Origin: an uncultured Chloroflexia bacterium | GTDB lineage: Bacteria; Chloroflexota; Limnocylindria; Limnocylindrales; CSP1-4 | Assembly (NCBI GenBank): GCA_963720965.1 | Contig: CAVRHD010000002.1 | Coordinates: 155,908-219,907, forward strand | Direction of reading: 5' to 3' | Length of the DNA stretch: 64,000 nucleotides | Shown here: one piece after another, positions 9,112-17,588 of the stretch | How the letters are laid out: each line of letters opens with the position of its first letter | Position numbering within the stretch: position 1 is the first letter of the stretch | Notes under the pieces: model-generated | Seen by the model: only the letters and a program-made list of their open reading frames with translations | What the model was told of the DNA's origin: nothing | Database searches by the model: none | Made by a program: the position numbers and the translations under genes

Positions 9112-9933
9112 GTGCGACCCGTCGTGATTGCCGCCAACTGGAAGATGCACACTGGCCCGGCCGAGGCGGCCGAGCTGGCAACGCTGATCGCCGCCCGGAC
9201 CGACGTGCCCGACGTCATCCGCGTGATATGTCCGCCGTTCGTATGCCTGGCCGCGGTCCGGGACGCCCTCGCGGCCACGCCGGCTGGAGCGGGAGTGGCG
9301 GTCGGGGCCCAAAACGTCCATCACGAGCTGAGCGGGGCCTACACCGGCGAGATCGCTGCCCCGATGCTGGTCGGCCTGGCGAGCTGGGTGATCGTCGGAC
9401 ATTCGGAGCGACGGCGCGACGCAGGTGAGACAGACGAGCTGATCGGCCGGAAGGTTGGCCGCGCGCTCGAAGTCGGCCTGCGTCCCATCCTGTGCGTGGG
9501 CGAGCAGCTCGCCGAGCGCGAGGCGGGGGTGGCGGAGGCGATCGTCGCCGGGCAGGTCCAGGGCAGCCTGGGCCGCTTCGCGGGCGACCCCGTGGCGCTG
9601 GCTGCGGCCGGCCTCGTGATTGCCTACGAGCCGGTCTGGGCGATCGGCACGGGTCGAACGGCCCGCGGCTCGGACGCGGCGGCGATGGCCGACGCGATCC
9701 GGCGTTCGCTGGCCGGCCTCGGAGCGGGCTTCGCCGACCTGGCAACCGATCTGCCCGTGCTCTACGGCGGCAGCGTGACCGCGGCCTCGATCGGCGAGTT
9801 CCTGGCCGAGCCGGCGATCGATGGCGCCCTGGTCGGAGGAGCCTCGCTCAAGGTCGAGGAGATGGCCGGCATCGTGGCGCGAGCCGGTCTGACCGCCGCC
9901 GGACGGCGGGCCGCGGCCGGCCTGTCCGGGTGA
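9112..9933 (+). CDS. tpiA: triosephosphate isomerase
   Basis: [15 protein letters not shown]..., ...VIVGHSERR..., ...[12 protein letters not shown]..., ...YGGSV... The start is placed at in-frame GTG 9112 (9109 is also possible), just after the whiA stop. The upstream part of ORF 8923.. overlaps whiA and is not TIM-like. Confidence 0.9.
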   Translation: MRPVVIAANWKMHTGPAEAAELATLIAARTDVPDVIRVICPPFVCLAAVRDALAATPAGAGVAVGAQNVHHELSGAYTGEIAAPMLVGLASWVIVGHSERRRDAGETDELIGRKVGRALEVGLRPILCVGEQLAEREAGVAEAIVAGQVQGSLGRFAGDPVALAAAGLVIAYEPVWAIGTGRTARGSDAAAMADAIRRSLAGLGAGFADLATDLPVLYGGSVTAASIGEFLAEPAIDGALVGGASLKVEEMAGIVARAGLTAAGRRAAAGLSG

Positions 9934-10700
9934 GCAGCCTGGTTCTGCTCCGCCACGGCGAGAGCGACTGGAACCGCGAGAATTGGTTCACCGGCTGGAC
10001 CGACGTAGACCTGTCCGAGGCGGGGCTGGCCGAGGCCCACGAGGCCGGTCGCCTGCTGACCGAGGCCGGCTACGGCTTCGACCTGGCCTTCACGTCCGTC
10101 CTGCGCCGGGCGATCCGGACCCTCTGGATCGCCCTGGACGAGCTCGACCTCATGTGGATCCCGGTGGTCCATTCATGGCGCCTCAACGAGCGCCACTACG
10201 GCGCACTCCAGGGCCTCAACAAGGCCGAAACGGCGGCCCAGTACGGCGACGCGCAGGTCCACCTGTGGCGACGTTCGTACGATGTGCCACCGCCGCCCTT
10301 GCTGGCCGGCGACGAGCGCGAGGCCGGGCGGGATCCGCGCTACGCCGGCCTGACCCCCGCCGAGCTGCCCCGGGCCGAATCGCTCAAGGACACCGTCGAC
10401 CGCTTCCTGCCGGTCTGGCACGAGCAGATCGCGCCGGCGGTTCGATCCGGCCAGCGGGTGCTGATCGCGGCACACGGCAACAGCCTTCGGGCGCTGGTCA
10501 AGTACCTCGACGGAATCTCCGATGACGACATCCCCGGCCTGAACATTCCAACCGGGATCCCGCTCGTCTACGAGCTCGACGAAGAGCTCCGGCCGCTGGG
10601 CCACCATTACCTCGGCGATCCTGCCCGGATCGAGGCGGCCGTGGCCGCTGTCGCCGGCCAGGCCAGCAGCCAGGCCGGAGCCGGGTCCGGGCCGGGCTGA
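9930..10700 (+). CDS. gpmA: 2,3-bisphosphoglycerate-dependent phosphoglycerate mutase
   Basis: [43 protein letters not shown]..., ...[15 protein letters not shown]... The GTG start overlaps the tpiA stop (GTGA at 9930-9933). The upstream part of ORF 9492.. is Arg/Gly-rich nonsense overlapping tpiA. Confidence 0.9.
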   Translation: MSSLVLLRHGESDWNRENWFTGWTDVDLSEAGLAEAHEAGRLLTEAGYGFDLAFTSVLRRAIRTLWIALDELDLMWIPVVHSWRLNERHYGALQGLNKAETAAQYGDAQVHLWRRSYDVPPPPLLAGDEREAGRDPRYAGLTPAELPRAESLKDTVDRFLPVWHEQIAPAVRSGQRVLIAAHGNSLRALVKYLDGISDDDIPGLNIPTGIPLVYELDEELRPLGHHYLGDPARIEAAVAAVAGQASSQAGAGSGPG

Positions 10701-10750
10701 CGTGCTACCATCCCTCGGCTTCGCACCCACCAGTTGAGGTCACATCCCGG

Positions 10751-10978
10751 GTGAACCCGTTCCTGAGCATCGGCCAGATCATCGTCGGCATCGCCCTGAT
10801 CGCCGCGATCCTCCTGCAGGCGCGCGGTACCGGTCTGTCGGGCACCTTCGGTGGCGATTCCGCTGTCTACCGCAGCCGACGAGGCGTCGAGCGGCGGCTG
10901 TGGCAGTTCACGATCGTGCTCACCGTCATGTTCGTCCTCTTCTCGCTGGCCGCCTACATCTACACCCCGGCCGCCTGA
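10751..10978 (+). CDS. secG: preprotein translocase subunit SecG
   Basis: 75 aa with two TM helices. IIVGIALIAAILLQARGTGLSGTFGG is the SecG signature. Its position downstream of tpiA is the usual one. Confidence 0.85.
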   Translation: MNPFLSIGQIIVGIALIAAILLQARGTGLSGTFGGDSAVYRSRRGVERRLWQFTIVLTVMFVLFSLAAYIYTPAA

Positions 10979-11028
10979 GTCCGGCCGGCCCCGGCCGGCG
11001 CGACGGGCTACCCATCGAGGCGTAATCG

Positions 11029-12777
11029 TTGACCCAGCGTGACCGCGGCGTCATCGCCGTCCTGTCCGCCATCCTCGTCGTGCTCGCCCTGGCCGTGGCC
11101 GTGCCTGCCGCCGGTTCGGGCCCCGTTGCGGCCGTGGCCAGCCCCAGCCCGAGCCCCGCGCCGAGCGATGGCCCGGGCGTGGGCAGCCCACCGATCTACC
11201 GCGAGGGCGTCGTTGGCAGCCCCAGCTCGATCAACCCGGTGACGGCTCGAACGCAGGCGGATCGTGACCTGAGCCGCCTGATCTTCGCCGGCCTGGTGGC
11301 CCGGGGCAGCGGTACGACCTACGTTCCGGACCTGGCCGCTTCGTGGACCGTGGACTCCACCGGCCGGACGTGGACGTTCAAGCTCAGGCCGGACGCGGTC
11401 TGGCAGGACGGCCAGCCGGTCACAGCCGACGACGTCGTGTACACGGTGAATACGATCCAGGACCCGGCCTATCGCGGCCCCCTCGCCAACTCCTGGCGCG
11501 AGGTCACGGCGACCAAGCTCGACTCGACGACCGTGGAGTTCACCCTCGCCACGCCGATCGCCGGATTCCTCGAGGATGCGTTGGTGGGCATCCTGCCCCA
11601 GCACCTCCTGGGCCTGACGCCCGTCGCGGAGCTCGCGGACTCGGCGTTCTCGAATGACCCGGTCGGGTCCGGCCCGTTCCGCCTCGTCCACTGGGATGCG
11701 ACGTCGGCCGAGCTCGTGCCGGCCGGCACGACGGGCGGGTTCGCCGTGCCGCCGGCGAGCGCGTCGCCCGGGGCCGGTTCAGCGGGGCCATCGCCGTCGG
11801 CCGCCGGCACGATCGCGACCGGGCCCTTGCCCGGCATCGAGCTCGAGTTCTTCGACACCTCGACGGCCCTGGCGGCCGCCTACCGGGCCGGGTCGCTCGA
11901 TGCGGCCAGCGGCCTGACCTCGGCCGATGCCGGCGCCCTGGCCGGGTTGCCCGGATCGCGCCTGCTGAACTATCCGACCACGACCTTCACCTCGGTCGCG
12001 TTCAACCTGCGGTCCGCCTCTGGCCCGGCGGCACCCGTCGCGGTCCGGACGGCGCTGCTCGAGGCCCTCGACCGGCCGGCGCTGATCACCAGCGTGCTCG
12101 ACGGCGCGGGCAGCCAGGCCGATTCTCCGATCCCGCCAAGCTCGTGGGCGTTCGATCCCACGGCCAGCGCCCCGGTCGCTTCGAATCCGGCCGCGGCGGC
12201 CACCGCCCTCAAGGCAGCCGGCTGGACGAAGGGCAGCAGCGGCTGGCTCGCGCCGAAGGCGAAGTCACCCTACACGTTCGACCTGCTCAGCCCGGACGAG
12301 GCCTCGAACCCGATCGCCTGGTCAACTGCCGAGCTCGTCGCCAGCCAGTGGCAGCAGTTCGGCCTGAAGGTGACCCACGTCGCCCTCGATCCGGCCGACT
12401 ACGTGGCCAAGCTCGGCGCCGGTAGCTTCGTCGCGGCCGTGGTCGCGGTGAACATCGGGATGGACCCCGACCTGTACCCGCTCCTTGCCTCGAGCCAGGC
12501 CGTGAGTGGTGGTGCGAACATCACCGGGATCCAGGATTCGAACCTCGACAAGCTCCTCGTGGCGGCCCGCGCGCCGGGCGCCGACGCCGCGCGCAGGGCT
12601 GCCTATTCGAAGTTGCAGGCGGCCCTGGTGGCGAACCCGGCGATGCTCCCGCTGTTCTTCCAGGACGACCCCGTCGTGCTCGGACCAAGGGTCGATGGAC
12701 CCGTGATTCGGAGCTTGGCCGACCCCAGTGACCGCTATTGGGATGTGCTAACATGGCGCCTCGCCGACGGGCGGTGA
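11029..12777 (+). CDS. ABC transporter substrate-binding protein, family 5 (peptide/nickel type)
   Basis: 582 aa. N-terminal signal/anchor VIAVLSAILVVLALAVAV. The family-5 SBP signature is present: PDLAASWTVDSTGRTWTFKLRPDAVWQDGQPVTADDVVYT. No permease or ATPase genes are adjacent. Confidence 0.8.
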   Translation: MTQRDRGVIAVLSAILVVLALAVAVPAAGSGPVAAVASPSPSPAPSDGPGVGSPPIYREGVVGSPSSINPVTARTQADRDLSRLIFAGLVARGSGTTYVPDLAASWTVDSTGRTWTFKLRPDAVWQDGQPVTADDVVYTVNTIQDPAYRGPLANSWREVTATKLDSTTVEFTLATPIAGFLEDALVGILPQHLLGLTPVAELADSAFSNDPVGSGPFRLVHWDATSAELVPAGTTGGFAVPPASASPGAGSAGPSPSAAGTIATGPLPGIELEFFDTSTALAAAYRAGSLDAASGLTSADAGALAGLPGSRLLNYPTTTFTSVAFNLRSASGPAAPVAVRTALLEALDRPALITSVLDGAGSQADSPIPPSSWAFDPTASAPVASNPAAAATALKAAGWTKGSSGWLAPKAKSPYTFDLLSPDEASNPIAWSTAELVASQWQQFGLKVTHVALDPADYVAKLGAGSFVAAVVAVNIGMDPDLYPLLASSQAVSGGANITGIQDSNLDKLLVAARAPGADAARRAAYSKLQAALVANPAMLPLFFQDDPVVLGPRVDGPVIRSLADPSDRYWDVLTWRLADGR

Positions 12778-12804
12778 GGCGTCTTGCCGTGCGTTGGGGA
12801 TCTC

Positions 12805-12891
12805 GCCGAGGTGGCGGAATCGGTAGACGCGCTAGCTTCAGGAGCTAGTGTCCGCAAGGGCGTATGGGTTCAAATCCCTTCCTCGGTACCA
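12805..12891 (+). tRNA. tRNA-Leu (anticodon CAG), CCA encoded
   Basis: Acceptor stem GCCGAGG/CCTCGGT. Anticodon stem CTAGC/GCTAG with loop TTCAGGA. Long variable arm. T-arm GGGTTCAAATCCC. 3' ACCA. Confidence 0.9.
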
Positions 12892-12930
12892 GCCCTCGTC
12901 AGCGGGATCCCTCAAAGGCGCGGAACACCT

Positions 12931-13015
12931 GCCCAGGTGGCGGAATTGGTATACGCGTACGTTTGAGGGGCGTATGAGGCAACTCATCCGGGTTCAAGTC
13001 CCGGCCTGGGCACCA
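12931..13015 (+). tRNA. tRNA-Leu (anticodon GAG), CCA encoded
   Basis: Acceptor stem GCCCAGG/CCTGGGC. Anticodon loop TTGAGGG. Long variable arm. T-arm CGGGTTCAAGTCCCG. 3' ACCA. Confidence 0.9.
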
Positions 13016-13030
13016 CTCAGCTGACCCCTC

Positions 13031-13060
13031 GAACGGCGGCCGACGATCGGACCGCCGTTC
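13031..13060 (+). terminator. stem-loop downstream of the tRNA-Leu pair (possible terminator)
   Basis: GAACGGCGG-ccgacgatcgga-CCGCCGTTC forms a perfect 9-bp stem, followed by TCTCGATT. The T tract is weak. Confidence 0.4.
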
Positions 13061-13415
13061 TCGATTCCCTGGTCGGCCTGGGGCGCGTGCCCGCTTTCGT
13101 TCCGCTGCCCGATCGACTTCTTGCGCCGCTCGATGTCGGGTGCATGGACCCTGCCCGCTCAAGGATCGGGCCAAGCTTCTGAATCGCCTTGGCTCAGGGC
13201 CGATCTGGCGTGGTCCAATCCAAACCTCACGCTCAAGTGCGGCGCCGGAACCCCTATCCCGTGGCCTGGCCGAGCTTGTCGCACGCGCCTGTGCTCACAG
13301 CGTCCATGCACCTGGCGCCCGGTCGTCCAAGCAGCCCGTCCGCTCGAGGCCGCGGGCGTCCGTGTCCTGCCACTTACCGTGCCACGACGACGGGGCAGGT
13401 ATCCTCGGGACGAGC

Positions 13416-13492
13416 GGGCGGTTAGCTCAGTTGGTCAGAGCGCCTCGTTTACACCGAGGAAGTCACTGGTTCGAGTCCAGTACCGCCCACCA
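13416..13492 (+). tRNA. tRNA-Val (anticodon TAC), CCA encoded
   Basis: GGGCGGTTAGCTCAGTTGGTCAGAGCG D-arm. Anticodon stem CCTCG/CGAGG with loop TTTACAC. T-arm TGGTTCGAGTCCA. Acceptor 3' ACCGCCCACCA. Confidence 0.9.
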
Positions 13493-13544
13493 CGATTCCC
13501 GGACGATAGCTGGCAACACTCAGTAGGTAATCGGAGGGCCAACG

Positions 13545-13970
13545 ATGGCGACGAAGAGCGACTTCACGGCGGCCGAGTGGACCGCGCTGGCCAAGGGCGT
13601 GACGGGCGCCGGCATGCTCGTATCGATGAGCGACCGCGACATCTCCGACACGTTCGGCGAGGTCGGCGCGCTGACGAAGTACCTGGCCGGCCAGCAGGTC
13701 TCGTCTTCGAGCGAGCTCGTCCGGGAACTGGCCAAGACGCACGGCACCGGCTTCGGCCTGACCGCCTCGCCTGAGCGGGTCCGCACCGAGACGATCGACG
13801 CCCTGCACGGGTCGGTGACCACCCTGAGCGCAAAGGCGCCCGACGAGCTCGAGCCGTACCGTGCCCTCGTCCTGGGGCTGGCCCAGGCCGTCGCCGAGGC
13901 GAAGGGCGGGGTCGTCCCGGTCGAGACCGCCACGATGGACGCCCTGCGTGAGGCGCTCGGCACGCACTGA
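13545..13970 (+). CDS. hypothetical protein (141 aa, soluble, helical-looking)
   Basis: GGAGGG lies 7 nt upstream of the ATG. Codon usage and amino-acid composition look normal (MATKSDFTAAEWTALAKGVTGAGMLVSMSDRDISDTFGEVGAL...). I recognise no family with confidence. Confidence 0.6.
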   Translation: MATKSDFTAAEWTALAKGVTGAGMLVSMSDRDISDTFGEVGALTKYLAGQQVSSSSELVRELAKTHGTGFGLTASPERVRTETIDALHGSVTTLSAKAPDELEPYRALVLGLAQAVAEAKGGVVPVETATMDALREALGTH

Positions 13971-14011
13971 CGCGGCTGGGGAGAGCGTCCGGGCGCCCTG
14001 GCAGCAGATCG

Positions 14012-14440
14012 ATGGCAGGCCGTCCGCTTTTCACGTTGCCGGCGCTCCGGCGCGCCCACGACCTGATCGACCTGCACTACGCCGAGCCGCTCGATCTCGA
14101 TGCCCTCGCTCGGGAAGCCGGCTATTCGAAGTACTACTTCGGCCGGGCCTTCGCCAGCGCCTACGGTGAAACGCCACGGGCGTAACTGACCCGCCGTCGA
14201 CTGGAGCGTGCGAAGACGCTTCTGCGGACCGCGAACCTGACGGTCACCGAGGTCTGTTTCGCGGTGGAATTCGGCAGCCTGGGCTCATTCAGCTCGCTCT
14301 TCCGGCGAGCGGTCGGGGAGACGCCGTCGGCGTATCAACGGAAAGCCGGGCAGGCCGGTGGGCCGATGATCCCTGGTTGCCTCGTCCTGATCTCGACGCG
14401 ACCGACTGTGCCAACAGGGCAAGGGCGAGGAAGCCTGTGA
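14012..14440 (+). pseudogene. small AraC-family HTH regulator interrupted by an in-frame TAA
   Basis: From ATG 14012 the frame reads MAGRPLFTLPALRRAHDLIDLHYAEPLDLDALAREAGYSKYYFGRAFASAYGETPRA, then TAA at 14183-14185. The same frame continues LTRRRLERAKTLLRTANLTVTEVCFAVEFGSLGSFSSLFRRAVGETPSAYQRK... to TGA 14440. The stop sits where AraC HTH domains have Tyr (xPxxYL). Confidence 0.75.
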
Positions 14441-14489
14441 GCCCCCGAGGCGCCTATCGTCGACGTCCAGCGATCCACGGAGGACCACC

Positions 14490-14915
14490 ATGCTCAAGCG
14501 GCTCTCACACGTCAGTGTGTTCGTGCTCGACCAGGATCGAGCCAAGCGGTTCTACACGGAGACCCTCGGTTTCGAGGTGCGCAATGACGCCGTCCTCGAC
14601 GGCTTTCGCTGGCTCACCGTCGGGCCGGCCGGCCAGCCGGACCTGGCGATCCTCCTGGCCTACCCTGCGCCGCCGATGTTCAGCCCGGAGGACGCCGAGA
14701 CCGTCCGGTCGCTCGTGGCCAAAGGGGCGCTCGGTGGCGGGGTAATCGAGACCGACGACTGCCGGGCGACCTACGCCCAGCTCAAGGCAAAGGGCGTGAC
14801 CTTCCTCCAGGAGCCGGCAGACCGACCCTACGGGATCGAGGCCACATTCCGGGACGACTCGGGCAACTGGTTCAGCCTGACCCAGTCGAAGTACGAGGCT
14901 GGGCGAACCAGCTGA
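14490..14915 (+). CDS. VOC-family (glyoxalase/bleomycin-resistance/dioxygenase fold) protein
   Basis: MLKRLSHVSVFVLDQDRAKRFYTETLGFEVRND...DPYGIEATFRDDSGNWFSL is typical of VOC proteins. GGAGGA lies upstream of the ATG. Confidence 0.85.
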   Translation: MLKRLSHVSVFVLDQDRAKRFYTETLGFEVRNDAVLDGFRWLTVGPAGQPDLAILLAYPAPPMFSPEDAETVRSLVAKGALGGGVIETDDCRATYAQLKAKGVTFLQEPADRPYGIEATFRDDSGNWFSLTQSKYEAGRTS

Positions 14916-14935
14916 GTCTGACCTGGCCTGGACCG

Positions 14936-14955
14936 ACGCCGGCCGACTCCGGCGT
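14936..14955 (+). terminator. possible terminator hairpin after the VOC gene
   Basis: ACGCCGG-ccgact-CCGGCGT forms a 7-bp stem 20 nt after the stop, followed by TCAGCTCCTT. The T tract is poor. Confidence 0.35.
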
Positions 14956-15119
14956 TCAGCTCCTTAGGCTCTCTTTACCCCCGGTCCGATACCGTCGGTC
15001 AGCCGATCGCACTCTCCTCACCCCCAGAGAGAGCGGTCGGCGCTGCAGGTCGTAGCGGCACTGCTAGACTCAATGCGAATGCGACTGCCGTTGACCGGCG
15101 CGCACGATTGAGGAGAAGC

Positions 15120-15683
15120 ATGAGCGCAGGCGTGATCATCCTGATCGTCATCATCGTGGTGATCGTCGGGTTCGTGATCCTCACCTACAACGGGCTCGTC
15201 CAGCGAAGACTGCGCGTCGACGAGGCCTTCGCCCAGATCCAGGTCCAGCTCAAGCGTCGCTGGGATCTCATCCCGAACCTGGTCAACGCGGTCAAGGGCT
15301 ACATGGACTTCGAGCAGGATGTCCTGACCAAGGTGACCGACGCCCGAGCCAATGCCGTAGCCGCGGGGGCCCAGGGCCCGGCCGCCCAGGCCGATGCCGA
15401 GAACGCCCTGACCGGGACGATCCGTTCGCTGTTCGCGGTGGTCGAGAACTACCCGACCCTCAAGGCCAACGAGAACGTCCTCGCCTTGCAGGAGCAGCTG
15501 ACCACGACCGAGAACCAGATCGGGTTCTCGCGCCAGCATTACAACGCGACGGTCCTGGACTTCAACACCGGGATCCAGACGTTCCCGGCCGCCCTGCTGG
15601 CCGGTCCGCTCGGGTTCACCAAGCGCGAATTCTTCGAAGCCGAGGATGCCGCCCAGGCCGTTCCCCAGGTCCAGCTCCGCTAG
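15120..15683 (+). CDS. lemA: LemA family membrane protein
   Basis: N-terminal TM helix GVIILIVIIVVIVGFVIL, then YNGLVQRRLRVDEAFAQIQVQLKRRWDLIPNLVNAVKGYMDFEQDVL (LemA signature). ATG 15120 with GAGGAGA upstream is preferred over TTG 15108. Confidence 0.85.
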   Translation: MSAGVIILIVIIVVIVGFVILTYNGLVQRRLRVDEAFAQIQVQLKRRWDLIPNLVNAVKGYMDFEQDVLTKVTDARANAVAAGAQGPAAQADAENALTGTIRSLFAVVENYPTLKANENVLALQEQLTTTENQIGFSRQHYNATVLDFNTGIQTFPAALLAGPLGFTKREFFEAEDAAQAVPQVQLR

Positions 15684-15722
15684 CCCCCTTACCAGGGCCG
15701 GCGCGCGGCGCTCCGAATCGTC

Positions 15723-16706
15723 ATGGCCGAAGCCACCTTCTACAGCGAGAAGTCAGCCAACGTCCGGAACAGCGTGTTCCTGGTGCTGATCCTGCTCGTC
15801 ATCCTGGGCGCCCTTGGCGGCGCGATCGGCTACGCCCTGACCGGCTCCCAGGACGGCGCTATCGCGGCGATCCTGATCGCGGTCCTCATCGGCACGCTCA
15901 CCTCGCTCGGGTCGTATTTCTACGGCGATCAGCTCGTCCTCGCCGCATCGGCGGCCAAGCCGGTCAGCGAGGAGCAGGCGCCCCAGCTCTACAACGTGAT
16001 CCGGGAGCTGACGCTCGCGGCCGGGATCCCGATGCCGGCGGTGTACGTGATCCAGGAAGACGCGATGAATGCCTTCGCCACCGGTCGGGATCCGAACCAT
16101 TCATCGGTCGCGATCACAACCGGGCTGCTCAAGGTGATGGATCGCGAAGAGCTTCAGGGCGTCCTTGGCCATGAGCTGTCCCACGTCCGCAACTTCGATA
16201 TCCGGTTCTCGCTCCTGGTCGGGGTGATGGTCGGCAGCGTGGCCCTCCTCTCGAGCTTCTTCCTGCGCTACACGTTCTGGTTCGGCGGCGGCCGTCGGTC
16301 GAGCAACGACGAGAATGGTGGCGGGGGAGCCTTCCAGCTGATCATCTTCGCCGTCGCGATCGTCCTGGCCATCATTGCCCCGATCTTCACCAAGCTGGTC
16401 CAGCTCGCAGTCAGCCGCCAGCGCGAGTACCTCGCCGACGCTTCGTCGGTGGAGCTCACCCGGAACCCGCACGGTCTGGAGCGCGCCCTGGCCCGGCTGG
16501 CCGGCGACACGACGGTGATGAAGGAAGCGAACCCAGCCACCCAGCACCTCTACTTCCACAACCCGCTGATGAAGCTGAACTCGAATCCGAGCAGCCTCTT
16601 CTCCACCCACCCACCCCTGGTCGATCGGATCAACCGCCTGCGCCAGCTGACCGGCGAGGCGCCGTTGCCGCCCAGCGAGGCCAGCTCGATCGGCTCAGCC
16701 AGCTAG
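15723..16706 (+). CDS. htpX: M48-family zinc metalloprotease, HtpX-like
   Basis: Two TM helices, then the HELSHVRNFD (HExxH) motif, two more TM segments, and the downstream REYLADA glutamate motif. The lemA-htpX pairing is common. Confidence 0.85.
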   Translation: MAEATFYSEKSANVRNSVFLVLILLVILGALGGAIGYALTGSQDGAIAAILIAVLIGTLTSLGSYFYGDQLVLAASAAKPVSEEQAPQLYNVIRELTLAAGIPMPAVYVIQEDAMNAFATGRDPNHSSVAITTGLLKVMDREELQGVLGHELSHVRNFDIRFSLLVGVMVGSVALLSSFFLRYTFWFGGGRRSSNDENGGGGAFQLIIFAVAIVLAIIAPIFTKLVQLAVSRQREYLADASSVELTRNPHGLERALARLAGDTTVMKEANPATQHLYFHNPLMKLNSNPSSLFSTHPPLVDRINRLRQLTGEAPLPPSEASSIGSAS

Positions 16707-16923
16707 GCCCCCGGAGTTCGCGTCAGGCCGGTCGGTCCGGCTTGGACGCGCCGGCGCGGACGCCCCGGGTTCCTCAGCTGGGCGGAATGTGGCAACACGA
16801 CGCGCGCCGACCAGGGCGAGGCACCGCGTTCGAGGGCGCGGCGGGTCGTTTTGGCCCGCTCGACTGCCGGGCCGTGGTATTCTTCGGCCCGCCGACGGGC
16901 GACCAGCCTGGTCAGGCCATCGG

Positions 16924-16999
16924 GCCGAGATAGCTCAGTTGGTAGAGCACGCGACTGAAAATCGCGGTGTCGCCAGTTCGATTCTGGCTCTCGGCACCA
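16924..16999 (+). tRNA. tRNA-Phe (anticodon GAA), CCA encoded
   Basis: GCCGAGATAGCTCAGTTGGTAGAGCA. Anticodon stem CGCGA/TCGCG with loop CTGAAAA. T-arm CAGTTCGATTCTG. 3' TCTCGGCACCA. Confidence 0.9.
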
Positions 17000-17021
17000 G
17001 AACTGGTCGGGCGGTACACGA

Positions 17022-17097
17022 GCGGAAGTGGCTCAGCTGGTAGAGCGCAACCTTGCCAAGGTTGAGGTCGCGGGTTCGAACCCCGTCTTCCGCTCCA
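17022..17097 (+). tRNA. tRNA-Gly (anticodon GCC), CCA encoded
   Basis: GCGGAAGTGGCTCAGCTGGTAGAGCG. Anticodon stem CAACC/GGTTG with loop TTGCCAA. T-arm CGGGTTCGAACCCCG. 3' CTTCCGCTCCA. Confidence 0.9.
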
Positions 17098-17154
17098 TTC
17101 ATCCTGTATAGCGCCCGGTCGGGCCGGACGGCATCCCGCCGGCGGCGCGACCGG

Positions 17155-17228
17155 TGCCCCTTCGTCCAGTGGTAGGACAGCGGACTTTGGATCCGTTAAC
17201 CGAGGTTCGAATCCTCGAGGGGCAGCCA
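17155..17228 (+). tRNA. tRNA-Gln (anticodon TTG), CCA encoded
   Basis: Acceptor stem TGCCCCT/AGGGGCA. Anticodon stem GCGGA/TCCGT with loop CTTTGGA. T-arm GAGGTTCGAATCCTC. 3' GCCA. Confidence 0.85.
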
Positions 17229-17279
17229 CCCCGGGCAACGGTCCGGGACCGAGCCGGCCCCCTTCCGGCAGCTTCTCGA

Positions 17280-17355
17280 GGCGACGTACCCAAGTGGTTA
17301 AGGGGGAGGTCTGCAAAACCTCTATGCATCGGTTCGAATCCGATCGTCGCCTCCA
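17280..17355 (+). tRNA. tRNA-Cys (anticodon GCA), CCA encoded
   Basis: Acceptor stem GGCGACG/CGTCGCC. Anticodon stem GAGGT/ACCTC with loop CTGCAAA. T-arm TCGGTTCGAATCCGA. 3' TCCA. Confidence 0.85.
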
Positions 17356-17588
17356 CTTTCCAAACTGGCCTACGCTGGCGGGGATGGATCGCTCGATCAT
17401 CGTCCGAGACAGATCACGCTGAGGAGCTGGCGGTGGCCGAGGCTTGCCGCACTCCCCGCCGTGGCGATGGCCCTGCTCGTGGGTTGTAAGCGGCTTGCCG
17501 GTACCGCACCCGGCCGGATCATGTCTCGGAGGGTCGCGCCGCGCGCAACCTGGCGACCGGTGGCTGGGCCGGCGCGCAAGATGTCCGG

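Noticed and set aside
12899-13774. ORFs spanning the tRNA-Leu/tRNA-Val interval (12899..13174 minus, 13121..13774 plus, 13140..13526 plus)
   Set aside because: They run through tRNA genes or through the better-supported hypothetical gene at 13545..13970 in another frame, and they have biased composition.
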